A program made the position numbers and the translations under genes. 64,000 nucleotides of DNA, from the IMG/VR virus record IMGVR_UViG_3300037312_000927; one strand, written 5' to 3'. Each line of letters begins with the position of its first letter. The first letter of the stretch is position 1. A model generated the notes under the pieces. It was not told the origin of the DNA and did no database searches. It was given only the letters and a program-made list of their open reading frames with translations. Shown piece by piece: positions 30,095 through 39,467 of the stretch. Origin of the DNA: a virus.

Positions 30095-30811
30095 ATGACT
30101 CCCTGGAATCAAGCTAGCGCCCCTCCTCTTACCTCCACTAAAACTACGGCAGGTTCCGGTCCACTGCCCCGTATCACTACCGGGGATAATTCCCTGTTTA
30201 CCCCCAAAGGGGAGGCACCTCCACTCACCCCGGTCCTCAAGCCCGCAGCCAAACAACCGGTCGAAGGAATCATGGAAGCCACTAAAACGACCGTAGAGGC
30301 GTCGAAGACTCAGGTTGGTAGTACGACGCCTCCTCCTCTTCAAAAAGTCCCCAGAAGCCCTTCTAAGGCTTCTACGGGCCCGTCTCAGTACCGACCAACG
30401 TGGAACGGTGCAGAAACCCCTGCTTTGCAGAGCGTTCCAATTCAGGCTAAGGATGAAGCCAGTATGTACGTCATTACCTGCCGATCCAATATCTGTGAGG
30501 TGCCGAAGATCGAGGGCAGCACCTTCTTTGGCGTATATACTTATGATGAGGCTATGCGTCTCAAAGGTAAGGATTTACGTGATAAACTGATTAAGCTCAT
30601 CACGGATAATATCTCAGAGTTGGTGCCTACCCTGGTTAATGTTGCAATCAACATGGGTACGATTAAGGTTGATGTTCTGTACTCACCGGCTGATGTCGGG
30701 AACACGATAGCAACCATCAATCTTCGTAACGTGAACGATGATGACAAAGTCACACGGTCGTATATCATCAGCCGGGTTAACCCTAACCGACTCGAAGGTT
30801 TGCGATTCTAA
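30095..30811 (+). CDS. Hypothetical protein with Pro/Thr-rich N-terminus
   Basis: 238 aa; disordered N-half, globular C-half. Confidence 0.75.
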   Translation: MTPWNQASAPPLTSTKTTAGSGPLPRITTGDNSLFTPKGEAPPLTPVLKPAAKQPVEGIMEATKTTVEASKTQVGSTTPPPLQKVPRSPSKASTGPSQYRPTWNGAETPALQSVPIQAKDEASMYVITCRSNICEVPKIEGSTFFGVYTYDEAMRLKGKDLRDKLIKLITDNISELVPTLVNVAINMGTIKVDVLYSPADVGNTIATINLRNVNDDDKVTRSYIISRVNPNRLEGLRF

Positions 30812-30845
30812 GAACTGAGGGGCCGTTTCTGGCCTCTCTTTTTTA

Positions 30846-31490
30846 GGTGTCCAGAATTTTTGGACACTGTCCAATTATGTCCTAAAACCTTGAGTTGAAA
30901 TAATCGTTTAAAAACAACGACTTACAGATGAACTGTCCAAGTGTCCGAAATACGTATACAAATATAGGACACTCTAAGTGTTTGATTTAAAAGATAAAAA
31001 TGGCAAAGTGTCCAGTTTTTCTCGATTTTCCGAAAAACATACACCCACCTTTACAAAAGAACTGCGCTGAAAATCGTCGAGCCTGACCCTGACTTAAAGA
31101 ATCTACTTTTCTGGAATTCTCTCAAACCCCTGTAGATACTACCCCTCTATATATATAATATATAATATATAAATAATAAATATATATAAATATATATAAT
31201 ATGACGCAGTTTTCTGACATGTAACGGCATGTTACGAATTCCAGTTTCTCTACTTTTCTCCCTCAGTTTTTATAAAGGTGGGTGTATGTTTTTCAAAAAA
31301 CGGCGAAAAACTGGACACTTTGCCATTTTCCCCTTTTAAATCAAATACTTAGGGTGTCCAGTTTTATTTTTCGATTTTTGGACACTTGGACACTTGACTC
31401 TGTTTCTCCAGTAAACACTGATGATTTAGAAATTGGACATGTCCTGGATTTTTGGACAGGTGTCCAGTTTTTTGGACACTTCAAGATTCA
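30846..31490. repeat. Large imperfect inverted repeat around AT-only core; putative replication origin
   Basis: Arms ~30933-31068 and ~31262-31396; AT-only tract ~31148-31202; many GTGTCC/GGACAC copies; non-coding, between primase and polymerase genes. Confidence 0.75.
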
Positions 31491-31497
31491 GGGCTAT

Positions 31498-31508
31498 TTT
31501 GGTATAAT
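31498..31508 (+). promoter_or_regulatory. Phage promoter motif TTTGGTATAAT
   Basis: Upstream of polymerase N-half. Confidence 0.7.
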
Positions 31509-31569
31509 CTCTATGTAAGGATTTATGCCTTACTTTTTATCCACCTATAACAAGAAAGAGACTAACTAA

Positions 31570-32832
31570 ATGGCATCACCCATTAGTAAGCTCCCGCTGA
31601 ACGAGTTGTATTTAAAGAAAATTACACTTTCCGTAGAAGCGGCTATCCACAAGCTAGAAGATTTCTCCCGGATCAGCCCTGACTACTGTAAGAATGTGTG
31701 CAGGCTTAAATGCAAGAATCCTAGGGGAGCATCATTACTTCAGAGCCAAGAGCTCGACATCCTCATCATTCAAGATCATGCAGCGCCGAAGGGTAAGTTC
31801 GATCGTACTGATAACGCTCAGGAACTGATACAGAAAGGTATCATTGAGTTCATCTGCCAAAAGGCGGGGTTCCAAGGGCTTCGGTATCGAATCACCAATT
31901 TGCTGAAGTGTGCTCCGAATGATATAGACTTCCCTAAAGGTAAGAGCCCGACGGTCACTGTACTGTCGAAGTGTAAGCCCTATCTTTTAGCCGAGATCGA
32001 GAGGACCAAACCTAAGGTCATCATCAGCCTTAGCACTGCAGTAACCAAGGCACTAGGCTTCAAGAAACACTCGAATACTGGTAACCGTGGTGAATTCGTA
32101 GGTAACGTACTGATCACCTTGCACCCTAGAGTGCTGACGATGATTCGTCAAAATGCTAGTGGTAAGCTGTGGGGTAACGACTATTTCAACGTCATCAAAC
32201 GTGACTTTGAAAAGGCTGCAAACATGGCTAGAGGTAAGTTGGTAATTCCTCCGGTGGCAGAAGGCATTGAACGTCAGCGTAAGAACATCCGTATTACTCG
32301 TACTATCGATGACGTCCGCCGTGTTGTAGAGACTATCGCTAATCTCCCTGAGCGTTCGGTTATCAGTATGGATACTGAGACTAATAGTCTTGATGGGTTG
32401 AGTGAAGGTGCGAAGCTACTGACAATACAATTCGGTTGGCGAGACCCCGAAACTAAACAATTTGTAGCAGCAGTGATACCGTTGTGGCACAGAGCCAATG
32501 ATATGTATAGTGCAGATTTGGCGTGGAAGCTGGTCGTGCCGATCCTGCTTAATCCGCGCATACCCAAGGTTTTACACAACGCAAAATTCGACATTTTGTT
32601 TATCTATCACACTACGGGTGTGAGAGTGGAAGGATTCGAGTTCGACAGTATGTTGCTCGCACATGCCCTTGACTCCGGAATACAAGGATGTCTATCACTT
32701 AAAACAATGGTTTGGGACTGGTTTCCTGAGCTTGGTTTAGGGGGATATGAAGATTTATTGCCGAAACTTACAAAAATAAAGAAAACTGACGAAGGATTCG
32801 ATGAGAGCGATGATGAGGAATTAGATGGCTAG
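31570..32832 (+). CDS. polA: DNA polymerase A, N-terminal piece: UDG-like domain plus partial 3'-5' exonuclease
   Basis: ITNLLKCAP...CKPYLLAEI..PKVII..TLHP (UDG-like); SMDTETNSL (ExoI), HNAKFDI (ExoII); acidic tail. Confidence 0.85.
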   Translation: MASPISKLPLNELYLKKITLSVEAAIHKLEDFSRISPDYCKNVCRLKCKNPRGASLLQSQELDILIIQDHAAPKGKFDRTDNAQELIQKGIIEFICQKAGFQGLRYRITNLLKCAPNDIDFPKGKSPTVTVLSKCKPYLLAEIERTKPKVIISLSTAVTKALGFKKHSNTGNRGEFVGNVLITLHPRVLTMIRQNASGKLWGNDYFNVIKRDFEKAANMARGKLVIPPVAEGIERQRKNIRITRTIDDVRRVVETIANLPERSVISMDTETNSLDGLSEGAKLLTIQFGWRDPETKQFVAAVIPLWHRANDMYSADLAWKLVVPILLNPRIPKVLHNAKFDILFIYHTTGVRVEGFEFDSMLLAHALDSGIQGCLSLKTMVWDWFPELGLGGYEDLLPKLTKIKKTDEGFDESDDEELDG

Positions 32833-33436
32833 ACCTGTAGAAGACCTTACTGGTCAACGGTTCGGCCGGTTATTAATTCTGAGACGTTGCACCGCAGAGA
32901 ATTACGTCAGACCATACTGGGTATGTAAGTGTGATTGCGGAGCCGAGGTTAGTCGACGAGGTAGTCGAATGATAGCAGGTCATACTCGTTCGTGTGGATG
33001 TCTTCAAAAAGAAGAAGCTGCTACTAAACATAAGACCCATGGGCATGCCTTAGGCAGGCGTTCCCCGACGTACCGGACCTGGCAAAGTATGATCACTAGA
33101 TGCACGAACAAAAATCACCAGGCCTACCATAACTACGGAGGTCGAGGGATTATAGTCTGCGATCGTTGGTTGGATTTTGAAAATTTCTTAGCAGACATGG
33201 GCGAACGTCCGGGTGATAAAACCTTAGATAGAATCAACAATGACGAAGGTTATGGGCCCGGGAATTGTAAATGGTCTACTAAAGAGGAACAATCCAATAA
33301 TCAAAGGACTAACGTAATCTTAGTTCATAAAGGAGTTTCTAAAACGCTCACGGAATGGGCGAAGTCCTTGGACATGAGCGTAGATGTTCTTTGGAAAAGA
33401 TTCAACATCAGCAAATGGTCTGTAGAAAAACCTTAG
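32825..33436 (+). CDS. HNH homing endonuclease
   Basis: DLTGQRFGRL, CKCDCG..SCGC, YGGRGI.VCDRW, TLDRINNDEGY.PGNCKW. Confidence 0.9.
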   Translation: MARPVEDLTGQRFGRLLILRRCTAENYVRPYWVCKCDCGAEVSRRGSRMIAGHTRSCGCLQKEEAATKHKTHGHALGRRSPTYRTWQSMITRCTNKNHQAYHNYGGRGIIVCDRWLDFENFLADMGERPGDKTLDRINNDEGYGPGNCKWSTKEEQSNNQRTNVILVHKGVSKTLTEWAKSLDMSVDVLWKRFNISKWSVEKP

Positions 33437-33478
33437 AGACGCCTTGGCAAATAATAGTAAGAAAAGACGATTAAGCGA

Positions 33479-33679
33479 ATGACCACAATGACTCAAGAAC
33501 TTGTAGATAAAGTGGTAGAACTTAGACGACGAACAGGACAACCTGCGATACATTGTCGTAAGGCATTAGCTAGATGCGAATGGGACCTATCTCAGGCAGA
33601 GGCCTTCCTAAAGAATTTCGGCTGGGATAGTCACGGGTTTGAACGAGATAGAAGGTGGTTAGATAATGGCGGATATTAA
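33479..33679 (+). CDS. EF-Ts N-terminal (UBA-like) domain protein
   Basis: VVELRRRTGQPAIHCRKALARCEWDLSQAEAFL resembles EF-Ts VKELRERTGAGMMDCKKAL..DIEKA..L. Confidence 0.75.
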   Translation: MTTMTQELVDKVVELRRRTGQPAIHCRKALARCEWDLSQAEAFLKNFGWDSHGFERDRRWLDNGGY

Positions 33680-33893
33680 ACGATATCAATTAGTTTTGGT
33701 CAATGGAAGTATTCCAGAGATGAGAGAACACTTTAAAGGTAGCTACGTTGACTACTTGGAATACGAAAAGTTGGAAGACGTCAGCAACGCCAAGAGTGCA
33801 ATGATCGAAATCCTTCGTAGGGAACTTGATCAAATGCGTCGTATGGCAAAAGTTAGGGGATGGGGGTACTTCACGGAGGCACCGAATGACTAA
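33666..33893 (+). CDS. Hypothetical protein
   Basis: 75 aa, overlaps neighbours. Confidence 0.65.
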   Translation: MADIKRYQLVLVNGSIPEMREHFKGSYVDYLEYEKLEDVSNAKSAMIEILRRELDQMRRMAKVRGWGYFTEAPND

Positions 33894-34146
33894 GAGTCTC
33901 TTAAAGCGGATTCATGTTAACCAACATAACATCCGTGCTAATAAGAAGAATAATAATACCGAGTTGCCGGTGTTTACCATCAAGACTTATAAAGAAAATC
34001 TGATTGCCAATTCTGTGACAATAGACGGGCCGAGTGTCATGGTTTATAGACCGGATGACCCTCTTAGTTGTGGGGCACACTGTTGGCTCGAAACAAGAGC
34101 TCCGGTCCAGGTCCATGGCAATGATGGATCTATAAAGGAAGTGTAA
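33886..34146 (+). CDS. Hypothetical protein
   Basis: ATG with GGAGG SD; RIHVNQHNIR...PLSCGAHCWLET. Confidence 0.75.
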   Translation: MTKSLLKRIHVNQHNIRANKKNNNTELPVFTIKTYKENLIANSVTIDGPSVMVYRPDDPLSCGAHCWLETRAPVQVHGNDGSIKEV

Positions 34147-35759
34147 TGGCTATTAGAACAACTAAAACAGCACCAACTGAACCAGTCAAAGCAGTTTATA
34201 AGACGTACGAGGATTTCGAGGCAGAAGAGTTGTATTTATACGCAGGACTTGACTGTATTGTAACCTCGACCCTGCTGGAACGTATCTTCCCATTCCTAGC
34301 TGAAGAGCCCGTGTACTTTGTGCCGGGTAAGGACGGCAGACCGATACCAACTCACTCCAAGAGTATCCTGGAGACGAATGAAGAGATTACGAAACTGGCC
34401 TTTGAGTACATCCTTGACATGGAGATCAACGGCCTGAAGTACGACATAGCTAAAAACCGTGAGATTAAAGCACGGATGGAAGCAGAGATCGCTGATCTCG
34501 AACGCAAGATTTTTGACAGCGGTAAAGTTCCTCCGAATATAAACTTTGACTCCGGTAAGGAGATGGTTGAACTGCTGTACGGCCAGTTAAAGTTTGAACC
34601 CCCGTCATTCACGGCTTCCGGAGAACCGAGTACTGATGGTGAAGCTTTGCTGACTCTTGCAGGACTGAATCCTCTGAATCCCCCGAAGGACTATAAAACA
34701 CCGGATCCAGAGCTTCAGTTCTTGGCGTATCTTGCAAAACGTAAAGATATTAACTCAACCTGTAACACTTTTATCAGAACGTATGTTGAAGACTTTGTTA
34801 AACGTGATGGTAGAATTCATCCGTCATATAATCTCCACGGCACTAGTGGGTTTAGGATCTCTGGTGATAGTCCTAATCTTACTCAGCTCCCTCGTCCTAA
34901 GCATGGATATAACATACGGGAGTGCTACGGGGTTGATAATGGCAATGTTTTCATAGCATTTGACTTCAGTTCAGCAGAAGTAAAGATCGTTGCAGCACTG
35001 TGCAAAGACCCGGCAATGTTGAAGGCTGTGGAGGAAGGTCGAGACTTCCACTCATCCTCTGCATCGCTTATGATCGGCGTAGATTATGAAGAAGTAGTGC
35101 GGGTCGTCGGTGATAAGAACGATCCGAAGCATAAAGAGTATAAACACTGGAGACAAGTTGCAAAAATATTAACGTTCTCGCTAATTTATGGCTCATCAGC
35201 CGGTGGCATTGCAATGCAGTTGAACGTAAGCAAAGATGAAGCTCAGCGTCTGATGGACCTGTTCTTCAAGGCTTACCCGAAAATGCTTGAGTTCATCGAT
35301 AACGCACACAAGATGGCTACCTGGAATCAACGAGTTGTTACCGAGTTCGGTCAACGTCGTCAAGAGTATGGTACTTATAAGTGCTTCGACCGTACGGCTG
35401 CCAAGAATGCAGCTCTGCGTAACTCGGCAAACGTCCTTGTTCAATCTGCGACCTCGACCCTTGGTCTTATTGTGTTTGCTCATCTGAACCGGGCTATCAA
35501 GAAGATCGGCGGCAAGGCTATCTGTACCGTGTACGATTCTTGTGAATTTGAAGTGCCACAAGAGAAAGCAGCAGAAGCGATTGAGCTGTGCTTCTATTAC
35601 CTCAATGACTTCCCACAGACTATCTTCCCGTGGCTGACACTGCCGATCGGCTGTGATGGTGAACTGGGTCTGAACTGGGGTGAATGTGAACACGTTAAAC
35701 GTGGTATCACTCAGGAAGCATGTAACGATATTATCTATGGATTAAGGAACGCAGCATGA
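34146..35759 (+). CDS. polA: DNA polymerase A, C-terminal piece: ExoIII plus polymerase domain
   Basis: YAGLD (ExoIII), GTSGFRISGDSPNLTQLP, DFSSAEV (motif A), RQVAKILTFSLIYG (motif B), VYDS (motif C). Confidence 0.93.
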   Translation: MAIRTTKTAPTEPVKAVYKTYEDFEAEELYLYAGLDCIVTSTLLERIFPFLAEEPVYFVPGKDGRPIPTHSKSILETNEEITKLAFEYILDMEINGLKYDIAKNREIKARMEAEIADLERKIFDSGKVPPNINFDSGKEMVELLYGQLKFEPPSFTASGEPSTDGEALLTLAGLNPLNPPKDYKTPDPELQFLAYLAKRKDINSTCNTFIRTYVEDFVKRDGRIHPSYNLHGTSGFRISGDSPNLTQLPRPKHGYNIRECYGVDNGNVFIAFDFSSAEVKIVAALCKDPAMLKAVEEGRDFHSSSASLMIGVDYEEVVRVVGDKNDPKHKEYKHWRQVAKILTFSLIYGSSAGGIAMQLNVSKDEAQRLMDLFFKAYPKMLEFIDNAHKMATWNQRVVTEFGQRRQEYGTYKCFDRTAAKNAALRNSANVLVQSATSTLGLIVFAHLNRAIKKIGGKAICTVYDSCEFEVPQEKAAEAIELCFYYLNDFPQTIFPWLTLPIGCDGELGLNWGECEHVKRGITQEACNDIIYGLRNAA

Positions 35760-35914
35760 ACAACGAAGATTGGGCGGAAGCCCTTAAAAATGCGTTTTTT
35801 GAAGGGTACAGTAGTTACGCCACCCCAGCTAGTTCCTACAACACCGTAGAGGAAGCTTGGGAAGAAAGCACGACCAAACACTTCTACGATTCGCTGTTAC
35901 AAGAAGACGAATGA
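35756..35914 (+). CDS. Small hypothetical protein
   Basis: 52 aa, ATGA overlap with polA, followed by terminator. Confidence 0.6.
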   Translation: MNNEDWAEALKNAFFEGYSSYATPASSYNTVEEAWEESTTKHFYDSLLQEDE

Positions 35915-35978
35915 AGTACCGAGCCCCTTAACCGGGGCTTTTTGTTTTATAAAACTATAACTAATACAAGAGAATAAT

Positions 35979-36515
35979 ATGAATCAACAACAACGTAAGT
36001 ATGTAACCCAACGCGTCAACCAAATCTTTCAAGCCCGTACGGCACGGATCAACCAAGAGTACATGGATAGTGAGTCCCGGCGCGCCGCTACCCAAGTTCA
36101 CCCTCAATACCCAAATTATAAAGATATCGTACTTAAGTTGGCGGGATTCGAGTCGCCCGTAGTACTTAAAGCTGAGGGTACTGAACTTGAAACTCTTATC
36201 CGAAATATGGATAATGGAATGCCAACCACCCCTAGACGTCGGGTTCAGCCTAATTTTCAAGGCTTTGTACAGAATGTGCACTATTATCCAAATCCCACCG
36301 GACTACAAACCTTGGTTTACCCCTTGAATCGGGCTGAAGTAGACGCATATGAGGCTGAAATTGAAGCATCCGAACAACGTCACAGGACTCATGTCACCGA
36401 CCGCATCGCTGCGTTAACTCTGGCGTATAACCGGTGCATGGACGCTATCATGCTTGGCGAATACTCGGAGCAAATTCAAGCCGCAATTCACTCGTTTGAA
36501 AATATGGAAGTATGA
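35979..36515 (+). CDS. Hypothetical protein
   Basis: 178-aa ORF. Confidence 0.75.
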   Translation: MNQQQRKYVTQRVNQIFQARTARINQEYMDSESRRAATQVHPQYPNYKDIVLKLAGFESPVVLKAEGTELETLIRNMDNGMPTTPRRRVQPNFQGFVQNVHYYPNPTGLQTLVYPLNRAEVDAYEAEIEASEQRHRTHVTDRIAALTLAYNRCMDAIMLGEYSEQIQAAIHSFENMEV

Positions 36516-36799
36516 TGGAACTTAAGCTATTTAACGAAATTCCCAGAGCATCCATTGAAGGTGTTATATGGGATCCTGAAGCTTACGAAAAAGATCCTAA
36601 CTGGGAAACTACGGGGCCGTTCAAACCTGTTATCGAAATCCGAAGTGGACGGTATGTACTCGTTGAAGATCTGGGAACTAAGAATGAGTTTATTACTCCT
36701 CTGGAACCTGGGTATTTCATAATCCACAGCACGATATTCGGCTATGAAGCCCTTACTCCTAGAGAGTTTGAAAATCTGTATGTAGAGGCACAGGATTAA
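36512..36799 (+). CDS. Hypothetical protein
   Basis: 95 aa, ATGA overlap. Confidence 0.7.
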   Translation: MMELKLFNEIPRASIEGVIWDPEAYEKDPNWETTGPFKPVIEIRSGRYVLVEDLGTKNEFITPLEPGYFIIHSTIFGYEALTPREFENLYVEAQD

Positions 36800-36817
36800 T
36801 TCAACAAAGTCGTAATC

Positions 36818-36828
36818 TTTGGTATAAT
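36818..36828 (+). promoter_or_regulatory. Phage promoter motif TTTGGTATAAT
   Basis: Upstream of candidate ncRNA. Confidence 0.7.
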
Positions 36829-36833
36829 TAATA

Positions 36834-37172
36834 TAGACACAGAAATATGCTTCCGCTTAGTCCAGTAGGTATATTCAGCAGAATATGACCGAACACTAGT
36901 ATCGCAATTTCCTCGTCTTCAGTTTTGGCACGAGAGGTTGTTTACCCTATCAAGTAGTACGTCGGCTCCTAGTGGTGGAGTGCAGAGAGCTATGAGGTAG
37001 AATCGCAATCTTTCACGCCGGTGTTTTAATGTATATAGTAGTAAAAACTACGGGGAGGATGTTACATCCTCCTATCGTATTTCGGTCGTCTAATACCCTT
37101 CGCTGCGCTCAGGTACTGCGAGACCGAGACCCCTGAGGTCCAACGGGATTAAAACACTACCCACCTTTTTTT
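36834..37172 (+). ncRNA. Candidate structured ncRNA (~340 nt)
   Basis: No credible ORF; helices GTGTTTTAAT/ATTAAAACAC, GGAGGATG/CATCCTCC, TCGGTC/GACCGA, CTCC/GGAG; ends in T run. Confidence 0.55.
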
Positions 37173-37193
37173 AACCAACGACAGAGAATAAGA

Positions 37194-37484
37194 ATGTCAG
37201 AAATCCTTACTTCAGGTCAAAAACTCGTCGCAGACAATACTCCGACCGCAGGAGAGTCCACGAACAGTGACCAGTGGATCAAAAGCCGTCTGTGCTTCTG
37301 CAATGACGATGCCCCTACGGACTGCCGTTTTCATAGCCCTAAAGAAGCGGGCTGGGAACAGTGCCCCAACACCGAAGCCGGCCGAGCCGGTAAAGCCAAA
37401 GGCCGGTGGCTCTGGATGAGAAATCCTAACTTCGGTAAGATCAGCGAAGCAGCTGAAGAATCCCTCCTCGTCGATCCTGATTAA
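37194..37484 (+). CDS. Hypothetical protein
   Basis: 96 aa with Cys. Confidence 0.7.
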   Translation: MSEILTSGQKLVADNTPTAGESTNSDQWIKSRLCFCNDDAPTDCRFHSPKEAGWEQCPNTEAGRAGKAKGRWLWMRNPNFGKISEAAEESLLVDPD

Positions 37485-37486
37485 CG

Positions 37487-37654
37487 ATGTCTGGAGATTT
37501 TGTTAGCCTGGAAGAATTCATCTCTGAACAGGGTCCGGAATTCCAGGAAGAGTTGAAACGGGTAAAGTTAGAAATGATGCAAATGCCTACAGAGAAATAT
37601 ATGGAAATGTTGGAGATATTCTTACCCGTAGGCTTTCGTCCATCTGATCAATAA
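37487..37654 (+). CDS. Small hypothetical protein (55 aa)
   Basis: MSGDFVSLEEFISEQ...; below track cutoff. Confidence 0.5.
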   Translation: MSGDFVSLEEFISEQGPEFQEELKRVKLEMMQMPTEKYMEMLEIFLPVGFRPSDQ

Positions 37655-37665
37655 CTAGAGTGATT

Positions 37666-37676
37666 TTTGGTATAAA
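37666..37676 (+). promoter_or_regulatory. Phage promoter motif TTTGGTATAAA
   Basis: Recurrent intergenic motif. Confidence 0.7.
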
Positions 37677-37728
37677 TATAGTAAGCCGAAATATTGGCCT
37701 ATTTTATAACTTAACTTGAAAGAGAATT

Positions 37729-38223
37729 ATGAAAAACGTCCGCATCAAACTCCTCTTCGCAACCGCTTTCGCTGCACTGGCAATGGTCGGCTGCTCCAAG
37801 CAGGAAGAAGTGAAAGAGAAGAACCCGGTCGTGCCTGAAGGCCAGCGTATCAGCTTCCAGGTCCTGGAAGATGCACGCTCGACCTCCTATGCCAACGGTG
37901 TTGTTGTCGCCAAGACCTACGTCCGTGACAATCCGCGCCTGGACGGCATGAACATCGTCGGTCACCCGGACCAGGTGCAATCGGATACCTGCCCCCAGGG
38001 CTCCGGCTGGACCAACGTCTCGGCCATGAAGACGGACACCGACAACCCGGACGCCAAGGGCAAGCCGACCATCATCAAGGAAAAGCTGATCTGCAGCACT
38101 GTGTCGGCCAGCATCGGCTGCTTCCGTGAAGAAGACTTCAAGAAATCGAAGTACTCGGGCCAGGAAGACGCCTGCAACGTCCACCTGCCGTTCCCGCTGC
38201 CGAAACTGGTCGGCCGTGGTTAA
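37729..38223 (+). CDS. Lipoprotein
   Basis: Signal peptide with lipobox-like AMVG-C; very GC-rich codons. Confidence 0.8.
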   Translation: MKNVRIKLLFATAFAALAMVGCSKQEEVKEKNPVVPEGQRISFQVLEDARSTSYANGVVVAKTYVRDNPRLDGMNIVGHPDQVQSDTCPQGSGWTNVSAMKTDTDNPDAKGKPTIIKEKLICSTVSASIGCFREEDFKKSKYSGQEDACNVHLPFPLPKLVGRG

Positions 38224-38374
38224 AAGAGCTTAGGCTCTCAAAGAGGAGGTGCCCTAGAGGCACCTTTTTTTACCCTCAAATTAAGCTATAATAATTACCC
38301 GCGTCTATAAAATCGACCGATAGAATTCTAGCAACACCATAATAAATACTATAAAAATAAGAGAATAAGAACTG

Positions 38375-39439
38375 ATGGAACCGAAACTGAATCAGACGGC
38401 TGCAGCCGTTGAAGATGCACTGATCCCGAACATTCTTAAACCTACTGAAAGTCTTAAGGTAGTGTACCCTGAGGCAATCGACTTTACCGAAAAACAGCTT
38501 AAGGTGTTCTGGCTGCCGGGTGAAGTTAAGGTGGAGAAAGACATTCAGGATATCCGTGTCAACATGACACCTGCCGAGAGGCATGGCACCCTGACTACCC
38601 TAAAGCTGTTTACCTTGTACGAGCTGAAAGCTGGCGCAGAGTATTGGGGAGGTAGATTTAAACAGAGATTCCCGACGCATGAACTTCAGCGTATGGCTGC
38701 TACGTTCGCAATGTTCGAACTGGCAGTGCACAAGCCGTTCTATGCAAAGATCAATGAACTTCTGTTTTTAGATAACGATGATTTCTACGCAGCTTACAAA
38801 CAGGATCCGGTTCTGAAGGCTCGTATGGACTTTATCGATCAGATCATCGATCATCACGACGATCTGGTTTCGCTGGGTGGATTCTCTCTTATCGAGGGAG
38901 GTATCCTGTATAGTGCATTCGGATTCCTCAAGCATTTCCAGTCGAGGGGCAAAAACAAAGCCCTGAACGTTGTGCGTGGCATTAACTTCTCAGTGCGTGA
39001 TGAAAACCTGCACTCCATTGCCGGAGCCTGGACTTTCAGAAAGCTACTGGCTGAGAAGAAGGAGTTGATGAGCGCTGAAGACTTTGCTACTTATTCGGCA
39101 GAGATTAAAGCCCTGATCCTCCAAGCTGCAGAGCAAATCCTCCTGCATGAAAGCTATATTGTCGACGAGATCTTCTCCCAAGGTGAAATCGAAGGCATCA
39201 CGGCTCTGCAACTGAAGAACTTCGTTAAGTCCCGTATTAATCTGGTTCTTGTCGAGCTCGGTTACGAGAAGCTGTACGAAGTTACTTATAACCCGATTGC
39301 TGAATGGTTCTACGATTCGATTAATTCGTTTACGTTTAACGATACTTTCAGCGGTGTTGGTAATAGTTATCACCGAGAGTGGTCGGAGACCGACTTCCTT
39401 TGGAAGCCTAAGTCCAAAAGCAATGAAGTAACCGAATAA
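38375..39439 (+). CDS. nrdB: Ribonucleotide reductase class I beta subunit
   Basis: FWLPGE, EGGILYSAF, VRDENLH di-metal ligands. Confidence 0.95.
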   Translation: MEPKLNQTAAAVEDALIPNILKPTESLKVVYPEAIDFTEKQLKVFWLPGEVKVEKDIQDIRVNMTPAERHGTLTTLKLFTLYELKAGAEYWGGRFKQRFPTHELQRMAATFAMFELAVHKPFYAKINELLFLDNDDFYAAYKQDPVLKARMDFIDQIIDHHDDLVSLGGFSLIEGGILYSAFGFLKHFQSRGKNKALNVVRGINFSVRDENLHSIAGAWTFRKLLAEKKELMSAEDFATYSAEIKALILQAAEQILLHESYIVDEIFSQGEIEGITALQLKNFVKSRINLVLVELGYEKLYEVTYNPIAEWFYDSINSFTFNDTFSGVGNSYHREWSETDFLWKPKSKSNEVTE

Positions 39440-39467
39440 TAATAGCAACTAAAAATAGAATAAGAAA

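Noticed and set aside
30846-31490. CRISPR array
   Set aside because: Repeats are short, irregularly spaced and in both orientations; no cas genes apart from a generic Cas4-like nuclease in the replication operon.
32833-34145. Split intein or group I intron joining the polA halves
   Set aside because: No Cys/Ser-start or His-Asn intein termini and no P7 core strands seen; the interval is filled by coupled ORFs.
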